From contig CAXTRP010000001.1 of NCBI GenBank assembly GCA_964246615.1, positions 1 through 32,542 on the forward strand: DNA of 32,542 nt, written 5' to 3'. The translations under genes were made by a program, and so were the position numbers. The stretch's first letter is position 1. Each line of letters starts with the position of its first letter. The notes under the pieces were generated by a model. That model was not told where the DNA came from, did no database searches, and saw only the letters and a list, made by a program, of their open reading frames with translations. This document shows, in pieces, positions 1 through 7,264 of this stretch. Source of the DNA: an uncultured Caulobacteraceae bacterium. GTDB lineage: Bacteria; Pseudomonadota; Alphaproteobacteria; Caulobacterales; Caulobacteraceae.

Positions 1-1976
1 CTCTCCGCGAGCGCGCCCTCGATCGCGGGCGCCGTCTGCCCGAACGCGGCGACGCGCATGCTCCGCGCCGTCCCCAAGCCCAGGATCCGGGTGTTGCGCA
101 CGAACGTCACCTGTAGCCCATCGACCGCCGCCGCCCTGACCAGCTTGGTGGGATCGACCTCCCGCAACTCGCCCTGCTTGGACCGGACCGCCAGGTGCTG
201 GCCGGCGGCGAACATGCCGGGCACGTTCGCCGCGGCCACGGCCGACGCCACGCGCCGATCAATGGTCTGGGCATGCCCATCCCGGCACGTCGCCTCGATC
301 CATGACGCCGCCTCCATTGCACCCAAGGACGGCTTGGCGGCGATCGCCTCACGCCATCGCCTTGATTGCGCCCAGTCGCGCTCCGGGCCGATGACGATGG
401 CCATCACGTCGTCGACCGTCCGGCGGTAATGGTCGATGCACATGCGTGTGGCGGCCGCCGGCTCGATGCCGGTTGCGACGGCGAAGGAATGCTCGATCCG
501 GGCGACGCCCCCGGCCGCCGCGGCCTTGCGGAGGGGCCCCATGGCTGAATCGTATGCGGCCTGGAACGCGGCGGGGTAGGCGGACACGGCATACGGGTCC
601 TCGCGCCCGTCGATCCACGCCGTCCCGCCCGGGGCGGCCGGGAACCAGTGGCTGGCCTCCCACCCTTCCAGGGCGTCCGGCTCGGGGCGGCTAGCCGAGA
701 CCGCCGCCGCCAGGTGCTTGTCGATCACCGCCTGCAGCACGCCCGTCGCGGCCGCCAGGCAATCGCGTCGCAGGCCGGCTGACTGATCCGCGTCGAGGCC
801 CGCCAATGGGAAGGCGCCGGCGTCGTAGTGGTTGACCGGGGCCGGGAAGTGCGGGGCCAGCGTTCCGGCGCAAGCCGCCGTCGGCGTGCGGACGATGCGG
901 GCATCATCGACCCTGCCGTTCCGGACGCGGGCGGCTTCGGCATCGAAGGTCGCGACCACGGTATGGCGGATGCGCTCCACCGTAACCGGGATCTGCCGGG
1001 CGGCCGCCGCCATGCACGCCTGCCGCAATCCCCGCGCCACCTGCGCCGATGCCGGCGAGCCGGCCAGCGCGACGGCGTAGGGTCCCAGGAGGCCGCGGCA
1101 GTCGATGTCCGGAGGGAGGACGACGTCGGTGGCGGCACGCCGCGCCAGCGCATCCGCCAACTGCGCTTGGAGCCTCGGACCGGCCGCCTTGAACCTGGCC
1201 CTGAGCCGATCCTGGAACGCCGCATCGAGGGGCTCGAACCGGAGCGGAGCGAGCTGCTCACCCGGGAGGATGGAGCGCGCCAGCTGCAGCCCGGCGATAT
1301 CGCCCACCCTATCCGTGGCCGCTACCGGCGGGCCGCCCGGCGAGGGCAGGTCCGGGATGGCGGCAAGGTCCGCCAGGCGCCGGACGAGGACGGCGACGAA
1401 CTCATCGCGGTCCTCGATGCAGTGCCGCCACAAGGCCGTCGCGACGTCCGGCATCGGCGAGCCCGCCGCTTGTGCGATCCACCGGCAGTAGGTGATGGGA
1501 GGCGCCGCGGCCTGGGGGAGCACGATCGACCCGGCCGCCTCGACTGCCGCCGTGAGCTTTGCGAAGTGCGCATCGAGCTCGGCCTGCAGGAGCGGTGCCG
1601 CCGCCCGCGCCTTCCCCAGGATCGCTGCCGCGTCAGCGGCCGCCTCCGGGCCGGTCTCCGGGGGGAGCGGCGGCCGGTCCGGTGGCGGATGCAGGGTGCC
1701 CGGGGGCGAGTAGAAGTGGAACAGCGCCGCCTGATCCAGCGTCGGGTCCGACGCCAGCATCGATCTCGTGTAGGCGTGCGTCCGCTCTTGACCGGTCAGG
1801 TCGCGTGGCAGCTCGTCATCGGCCTCGCGGTGGTTGGACGGCGCGATCGGCTGACCAGGCAGTCGTCCCCAGGAAGCATCCACCCCGGGGTTCCCGAGCA
1901 CGAACTCGGCCGATAGCGCGGGCAGCGGCATGACCCCGACGAGCGCGCCCAGCGCAGTGCACCTCAGCCATCGCAT
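1..1976 (-). CDS. Large secreted hypothetical protein, >650 aa, running off the left edge (absent from the ORF track because it has no stop in the window)
   Basis: Manual translation from ATG at 1976 gives MRWLRCTALGALVGVMPLPALSA-EFVLGNPG..., a signal-peptide-like N-terminus, and the frame stays open to position 1. The + ORF 828..1916 is its antisense shadow. Confidence 0.75.
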   Translation of the reverse strand, partial: MRWLRCTALGALVGVMPLPALSAEFVLGNPGVDASWGRLPGQPIAPSNHREADDELPRDLTGQERTHAYTRSMLASDPTLDQAALFHFYSPPGTLHPPPDRPPLPPETGPEAAADAAAILGKARAAAPLLQAELDAHFAKLTAAVEAAGSIVLPQAAAPPITYCRWIAQAAGSPMPDVATALWRHCIEDRDEFVAVLVRRLADLAAIPDLPSPGGPPVAATDRVGDIAGLQLARSILPGEQLAPLRFEPLDAAFQDRLRARFKAAGPRLQAQLADALARRAATDVVLPPDIDCRGLLGPYAVALAGSPASAQVARGLRQACMAAAARQIPVTVERIRHTVVATFDAEAARVRNGRVDDARIVRTPTAACAGTLAPHFPAPVNHYDAGAFPLAGLDADQSAGLRRDCLAAATGVLQAVIDKHLAAAVSASRPEPDALEGWEASHWFPAAPGGTAWIDGREDPYAVSAYPAAFQAAYDSAMGPLRKAAAAGGVARIEHSFAVATGIEPAAATRMCIDHYRRTVDDVMAIVIGPERDWAQSRRWREAIAAKPSLGAMEAASWIEATCRDGHAQTIDRRVASAVAAANVPGMFAAGQHLAVRSKQGELREVDPTKLVRAAAVDGLQVTFVRNTRILGLGTARSMRVAAFGQTAPAIEGALAE

Positions 1977-2041
1977 CCCGTGAGACCCGATGACCCTGGT
2001 GCTCGATGACTGTGGGAGGCCCACGGGGACCGGCGCTGCCG

Positions 2042-2075
2042 GGAGGAGCGCATCCGCGCGGGAACGCGCCCCTCC
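2042..2075 (-). other. 14-bp hairpin capping the GGYNN array (RNA 3' end or processing structure)
   Basis: The minus strand reads GGAGGGGCGCGTTC-CCGCGC-GGATGCGCTCCTCC: 14 pairs including G-U wobbles, with no U-tract. Confidence 0.7.
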
Positions 2076-2138
2076 GCCACACCTAGCCGCACCATACGGG
2101 ACCTTTCCCCGCTGGACCGGACCCCGCCAAGCCTCGCC
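2074..2138 (-). ncRNA. Array of 13 tandem GGY-NN pentamers; putative guide RNA (VIPR-RNA-like)
   Basis: The minus strand reads GGCGA GGCTT GGCGG GGTCC GGTCC AGCGG GGAAA GGTCC CGTAT GGTGC GGCTA GGTGT GGCGG. Ten of 13 units have a perfect GGY and 3 have one mismatch. The array is intergenic, about 90 nt downstream of the RAMP-like gene. Confidence 0.75.
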
Positions 2139-2230
2139 GGGTCCGGCTTCGTAGCGGTCATCGCACACCCCGGGCAACTCGCGCGAAGCGCGTGTCGGAA
2201 CGGCGACCGATGGACCGGCCGTCATCGCCG

Positions 2231-2827
2231 TCACAAGCACTGGCCGCTGCCCGCCGGCATCGGTTCGGCCCAGAACCTACCGAACTTCGGCCGCCAGTCA
2301 CCGAGACCGATCTGCTCGCCGGCGACCACGACGAACCTGCGGATCTCCTGGGGGTCCAGGATCGATGGCAGGTAATCCACCACCAGCTCCGCCGACCAAT
2401 CCGTGAACTTCGGCCTCGTGCGCATGATCCGGCTGCCGCCGACGCGTACCCCGACCCGCAGGCGGAAGCGACCATCCGCCCACAGCGCGGCCGGGTCCGA
2501 TGGACCATCGTAGCGAAGGCGGAGGTCATCCCTCACGACCAGCCCAGCGCGCGCCTTCGCAGCGCGCCTTTCCTGGCCCGCCGCCCTGGTCAGCGACGCC
2601 TCCATCATCTCGCCCGGGATGCAGGGCGAGCCGGAGCTGGTGTACATGCTCCCCAGGAACTCGAGCTCGGCTAGACGAAGGTGGTCCGCCTCAGTCTTCC
2701 GCCGCCGGCCCGCGACCTCCGCAATCGCACGGGCGTGCTCATCCAGTGGATCCGCGAGGCGCCCGGAATGCATGAGCAGGGGTGCGGCGGACGTGATCTC
2801 GAAGCGCAATGACCGGTAGCCGCTCAT
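2231..2827 (-). CDS. Stand-alone Cas7/RAMP-fold-like protein (Vipr-like), 198 aa
   Basis: Starts MSGYRSLRFEITSAAPLLMH, with GAGG upstream. It has PCIPGEMMEASL (cf. the RAMP PxIPGSSLKG motif), RIMRTRPKF-DW, and a C-terminal Gly-rich loop IGLGDWRPKFGRF. Confidence 0.75.
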   Translation of the reverse strand: MSGYRSLRFEITSAAPLLMHSGRLADPLDEHARAIAEVAGRRRKTEADHLRLAELEFLGSMYTSSGSPCIPGEMMEASLTRAAGQERRAAKARAGLVVRDDLRLRYDGPSDPAALWADGRFRLRVGVRVGGSRIMRTRPKFTDWSAELVVDYLPSILDPQEIRRFVVVAGEQIGLGDWRPKFGRFWAEPMPAGSGQCL

Positions 2828-3128
2828 GTTCGCTGCCTCGCTGAACGACTGGGGTGAGTCGGACGACGTCGCGCACCTCAGGGCGCGCAGTGGCGGCATA
2901 TCTTCGCGCCCTGAGGGCGGTGGTGGTGAACGCGTGGCACGGTGCGCACAGCACGGTCAGCGCATCGACGCGATCGCGATCCCATCGGCCGGGCTGCGGA
3001 TAGAACCGATGGTGGACGTCGAGGTCACGCCGGGCGTTGCAGAGCCGGCAACTATGGCCGTCGCGTCGCAGCGCGCGTAGTCGAAGCGCCCTCCAACCCG
3101 GGCTCGCGAGATAGTCCTCGTAGGTCAT
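2739..3128 (-). CDS. Small Zn-binding HNH endonuclease, about 129 aa
   Basis: MTYEDYLASPGWRALRLRALRRDGHSCRLC...LDVHHRFY...LTVLCAPCH carries the CxxC, HH and CxxCH motifs. The 3' end overlaps the start of the RAMP-like gene by 89 nt. Confidence 0.85.
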   Translation of the reverse strand: MTYEDYLASPGWRALRLRALRRDGHSCRLCNARRDLDVHHRFYPQPGRWDRDRVDALTVLCAPCHAFTTTALRARRYAATARPEVRDVVRLTPVVQRGSEHERLPVIALRDHVRRTPAHAFRAPRGSTG

Positions 3129-3232
3129 CGGGTTGCCCCGCCGGATGCGAGCCTTGGCGTCGATCGTCGCCCGCGACACGAGCAGCAGGATTGTCGTTGG
3201 ACATGCATGCGCGTCACCACCCATCACCCGTG

Positions 3233-3246
3233 TCGACTATAATCGA
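3233..3246. promoter_or_regulatory. Near-palindromic operator TCGACTATAATCGA containing a perfect TATAAT
   Basis: It is a 12/14 palindrome between the divergent HNH and XRE genes and resembles controller-protein C-boxes (GACT-N3-AGTC). Confidence 0.45.
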
Positions 3247-3282
3247 TGTCCCGGCTCACGCCAATCGGTGTCCGTGCTGCGG

Positions 3283-3549
3283 ATGGATCTATGTGGACTC
3301 GTTGGGCGGAACGTACGGCGTGAACGCCTGGCGGCCGGTATGACCCAGGAGGACCTCGCTCATCGCACCGGGTGGGACCGCACCTACATCAGCGACATCG
3401 AGCGGGGCATCCGCAATCCGTCGGTGCGCTTGCTGGAGGATGTCGCCACCGCCCTTGGGCTCCACCCCGCGCTGCTCCTGTTCGAGGAGAAAGAGGCAGC
3501 AATCGTACAGGCGGCGTTGCTGGACCCAGCGGATGGCTCTTCCCCTTAG
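3283..3549 (+). CDS. XRE-family HTH transcriptional regulator (controller-protein-like), 88 aa
   Basis: VGRNVRRERLAAGMTQEDLAHRTGWDRTYISDIERGIRNPS is a typical HTH_3 signature. Confidence 0.92.
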   Translation: MDLCGLVGRNVRRERLAAGMTQEDLAHRTGWDRTYISDIERGIRNPSVRLLEDVATALGLHPALLLFEEKEAAIVQAALLDPADGSSP

Positions 3550-3558
3550 CCCAATCCC

Positions 3559-4545
3559 TCAGCCCGCCACCTGTAACACGATCTTCCCCGGCGGTCGGGG
3601 CCGCGTTCCCTCCAACATCTCATGGGCGTCCCGCGCGGCCAGGAAGGGCAGTATGGCGCCGACCCGAGCGGCCAGTTCTCCCGCGGCCATCATTCGCGCG
3701 ACGATATCCAGGCGTTCGGTCGTGACGCCCACCAGGAAGAACCGGGCTGTGACGCCGTGCCCGACCGCCGCCTGAGAGTTTGGTTCCGAGACCGCGGAGA
3801 TCAAGGCACCGCCACGCTTCAGTACCTGGAAGGAGCGCCGCTGGACCTCGCCGCCCACTAGGTCGATCACCGCGTCCATCTCGTGCAGCACACCCTCGAA
3901 GGGTGGTCCCTCACGGGTCAGCACCTCGTCCGCACCCAGGCTGCGGACGTAGTCAGTATCCTTCTCGCCGCACGTCGCCGCCACATGCAGGCCGGCACGA
4001 TGCGCGAATCGCACCGCGAACGCGCCGACGCTGCCGGCGGCTCCATGGATCAGCACCGTCTGCCCTCGCCGCAGCGCCGCCTCCTGGAACAAGGCCTGCC
4101 AGGCGGTGACCGCGATGACGGGCACGGAGACGGCCTCGACGTCGGCAAGCCCTGCCGGCTTGTGGGCGATCATGGTGGCGAAGGCGATCGCATACTCGGC
4201 ATAGCTGCCGGTGAAGCGCGCGTTGGTCACGCCGAACACCGCGTCGCCGGGTCGGAACGATGTCACGCCGGGGCCGACTGCGGCCACCACCCCTGCGAGG
4301 TCGGAGCCAAGCGTCAGCGGCAAGGGCTGCGGCAAGGCGCTTCGGCCGGCCCGAATCCAGCCATCCCACGGCCCGACGCCGGCGGCCGCCACCCGCAACA
4401 GCACTTCGCCGTCACCGGGCTTCAGCGGCCCGATCGTGTCGAAGCTGATGACCTCGGGGCCGCCGAACCGGTGCACACGGCAGGCCTTGCCCGCACCGAG
4501 CGGGATGGTGGTCACGAGTGGCTCGCCAATGGGGTCGCCAGACAT
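3559..4545 (-). CDS. NADP-dependent oxidoreductase (MDR/quinone-reductase-like)
   Basis: Contains FGGPEV, LPLTLGSDLAGVV and the VLIHGAAGSVG nucleotide-binding motif, and ends GKIVLQV. The start could be 4545 or 4602. Confidence 0.9.
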   Translation of the reverse strand: MSGDPIGEPLVTTIPLGAGKACRVHRFGGPEVISFDTIGPLKPGDGEVLLRVAAAGVGPWDGWIRAGRSALPQPLPLTLGSDLAGVVAAVGPGVTSFRPGDAVFGVTNARFTGSYAEYAIAFATMIAHKPAGLADVEAVSVPVIAVTAWQALFQEAALRRGQTVLIHGAAGSVGAFAVRFAHRAGLHVAATCGEKDTDYVRSLGADEVLTREGPPFEGVLHEMDAVIDLVGGEVQRRSFQVLKRGGALISAVSEPNSQAAVGHGVTARFFLVGVTTERLDIVARMMAAGELAARVGAILPFLAARDAHEMLEGTRPRPPGKIVLQVAG

Positions 4546-4890
4546 CGCAAGCTCTTCTTCGATGAAGTGGTGAACGCGATCGTTGCACACTGGACGATCC
4601 AAGGCACGGGCAGATGGATCACCCTGCTCCCCTGTGGTCCTCGATCATGGAGGCCGCTTGCTGCGATCGGTTAGGGGACGCGCGGTCCTCGAGAGGACGC
4701 CCCGGACCGTGATCCGGGTCGCAACGCCGCGTCAATCGTGGTCGAACGGCTTGAGGTTGCCGCGCCCGTTTGACATGTCCTGTAGATATCGCCCGCTCTG
4801 CTAGGCCGGGAAAATTGCATAGTTACGGGATGTTATAGTGCGTCCATGCGTCGGCGCTGCGCTGGCCCGTTGCAACAGGCGAACGGCGGC

Positions 4891-5115
4891 TCAACTCACT
4901 CGGAATACTCCCGTCTCGGCCAACAAGCTAGTCACTACCTCCAACTGCAGCGCCCTTCGCCGATCCGAGAGCACGACCACTGCATGGGAGGTCGGATACA
5001 TTGCGGTATCCTGGTGCACCTCGACCCAGGCGCTGGCCGACTGTTCAGAGACCTTGGCCTGGAAGTCGAACGACGGCTGGTCGTTGTTCCCCTTGGATCT
5101 GTCGCGCTGCATCAA
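4891..5115 (-). CDS. Small hypothetical protein coupled to the deaminase gene
   Basis: 74-aa ORF whose GTG start overlaps the deaminase TGA stop (GTGA). Confidence 0.5.
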   Translation of the reverse strand: MMQRDRSKGNNDQPSFDFQAKVSEQSASAWVEVHQDTAMYPTSHAVVVLSDRRRALQLEVVTSLLAETGVFRVS

Positions 5116-6716
5116 CGTCCTCCCGTTGGGGCGGTCGTGACAGCCGCCCGTTCGATCTCACCCATCTCCTTTGCAACACGCAACTCGTATGCCACGAAGC
5201 TGTCGAGCGGCTGCCGGAAGACTGGTTCGGCGCTCGCCGGATCGCTGGCCCTCGCGTGGCCATCGGACTTGCGCTCCGATCGCTGCCGGAACAGCCGCGC
5301 GAAGTGTTTCGGGGCAACGCCGCCGTATTGCCTGAACAGCGTGCGGTTTTCGCCCCTCGGTTCCTCCGTGAGCGAATCGTGATGCAGCTTCGTCGCCATG
5401 CTCTTCTTGTAAGGTTGGATGAAGACAACTTCGGCGATCCCGGCTGCGACAATGTGCCTGGCGCAGTTGTGGCAGGGATATACCGTCGTGTACAGCGTCG
5501 AGCCGACGAGCGAGTGCCGGCCGTCGCGCGCCACCGCGAGGATCGCCTCCATCTCTGCATGTATGGACCGCGAGAACTCGATGACCCAATCCAGGCGGCT
5601 CCCCCGGATCGCCTCCGCGACCTTAGCGTCTGGGACGTCGTCCTTGATGATCTCTGCCTTGCGTAGATTGCGGAGCAGCTCCGCCCTAATCTCGTCCTTC
5701 TCGTGGTCATTGTGGCAGATCCTCTGGCCGAACCTGAAGCAACGATTGTCGCGGTCGGCGGCACTCCCCTTTGCGTCTGAGCCCCACTGGTCATCCTCGC
5801 CATAGAGGCCGCCGCCAGGCTTGGGAACGTCGTTCCAGCCAACCGATATCAGGTCGCCCTTGGTGTCGAAGATCGCCGCTCCGACTTGGCGCGACATGCA
5901 GGCCGATCGGTGCGCGACCGCGTCCGCCTCGTGCATCGCCTGCTCGGCCCGAGTGGGAGTGTGCACGCCGACGTCGAAGACGATGTCGAGGAATCGATTT
6001 ACCGTGCGAAGAAGCTCCGTGTCGTTGTCCCCGTCGTTGCGGATGAAGAAGTCCGCATCGCCGAACACGGAGCGAGTCTTCTGGCCGTGGGGGATCACCT
6101 CTCCCTGGTCGCGATCTAGTATCGCGCCGGCTCCGGCATCCGACGAGCCGTCCTCCTTCATGCGGCGTAGGCGGACGTAGTCCGGGGCGAACACTCCGAC
6201 AACGACGAGCATGTCCTTGTAGACGTCCCTAAGCAGCGCTAGCTCGGCATCGTTCTTCAGGCTGTCGATGACGCATACCCGGCGCACCCTCGCGGCACGC
6301 GGTGGCGCTTCTCCGCTGATCCTCTCGAGGCCGGCACCGGAGGTCCGGATCTCATTGATCGCTGCCACCGCCCGTTTCGCGAGGTAATCGGGTCCGTGCC
6401 GCTTCCGCAGTTCGTTGCCGATCATCTGGAGCGACTCGATCCGGTCGTTGCCCCGAAGGTCGGTGGTCGGCGACAGGTCCACGAGATGTGCGTCCTCCTG
6501 CAGGAACCGGCTCACCTTGATGATGTTGCCGGCCTCGTAGCGGAAGCGATCGGCGAGGATGTCCCGGATTATCACTGCAGTCTTCGACACGCCCGAGGCG
6601 ACCGGACCGACCATTGCGATAACCAGCTCAATCGACAGGCGCGACTTGATGTCGTCACGCGCATCGTTTTTGTTGGCTGACCCCTCTACGACTGCTGCTA
6701 TCGCCGGATTTCCCAT
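5112..6716 (-). CDS. Anti-phage dCTP/dCMP deaminase (P-loop kinase plus Zn-deaminase; AvcD/Dcd type), about 534 aa
   Basis: N-terminal P-loop-like VGPVASGVSKT and IDSLKN; C-terminal SACMSRQVGA, GWNDVP, SIHAEMEA and PCHNC Zn-binding motifs. The likely start is MGNPAIAA (6716), not 6962. Confidence 0.9.
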   Translation of the reverse strand: MGNPAIAAVVEGSANKNDARDDIKSRLSIELVIAMVGPVASGVSKTAVIIRDILADRFRYEAGNIIKVSRFLQEDAHLVDLSPTTDLRGNDRIESLQMIGNELRKRHGPDYLAKRAVAAINEIRTSGAGLERISGEAPPRAARVRRVCVIDSLKNDAELALLRDVYKDMLVVVGVFAPDYVRLRRMKEDGSSDAGAGAILDRDQGEVIPHGQKTRSVFGDADFFIRNDGDNDTELLRTVNRFLDIVFDVGVHTPTRAEQAMHEADAVAHRSACMSRQVGAAIFDTKGDLISVGWNDVPKPGGGLYGEDDQWGSDAKGSAADRDNRCFRFGQRICHNDHEKDEIRAELLRNLRKAEIIKDDVPDAKVAEAIRGSRLDWVIEFSRSIHAEMEAILAVARDGRHSLVGSTLYTTVYPCHNCARHIVAAGIAEVVFIQPYKKSMATKLHHDSLTEEPRGENRTLFRQYGGVAPKHFARLFRQRSERKSDGHARASDPASAEPVFRQPLDSFVAYELRVAKEMGEIERAAVTTAPTGGR

Positions 6717-7264
6717 CTTGGATAGCTTACATTTGCGGCGCGCGAGATGCCAGCATGTCCGTCGAGTTACGGCAGTCTCACTGCCGGGCGGTTCTGGCCC
6801 GCAACGAAGGTCCGGGCGCGCCATCAACCGGCGGCACGAGGTCGGTGGGTGCCATCGAGTTTGGTGAGGTATCCCCCGGTCGCAATTCTGGTATCGATTC
6901 AACCGGGGGTGCGCCAGCAGGAGGTTCAGAGTCGCCTCACGGCCAGGCAGATCCAGTGGCATGGTCGAGGTCGAGGTAAGTCAGCCACCGGGCGTTCAAC
7001 GCATAGCTCCTGTTGAACGTCACGAAGCCGTTCGCGGCGAACAGGACGCAAGTGACGTTGTTCTAGCCGGCCCAGGCTTCCTTGCTGCCGAGCAGGCATA
7101 CGATCCCAGCCCCTGGGATGCCGGGCGGCTAGCACGCGATCTCGATAGTCGGTGGTGCCGTGTGCTGGATAGGGAGGAACACGTCCATTCAGTTCTTCGG
7201 CTGCGCGCAGCGTGGTGGCTGAGAGCGCGCCCCATCAGTGCAATGGCCCAGCACCAGGCGACGG

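Noticed and set aside
1964-2161. 65-aa ORF spanning the pentamer array
   Set aside because: It has no RBS, its low-complexity R/G/S product is a by-product of the repeat, and a 5-nt period does not fit codon structure.
1977-2230. Canonical CRISPR array next to the Cas7-like gene
   Set aside because: There are no 25-45 bp direct repeats with unique spacers; the periodicity is 5 nt.
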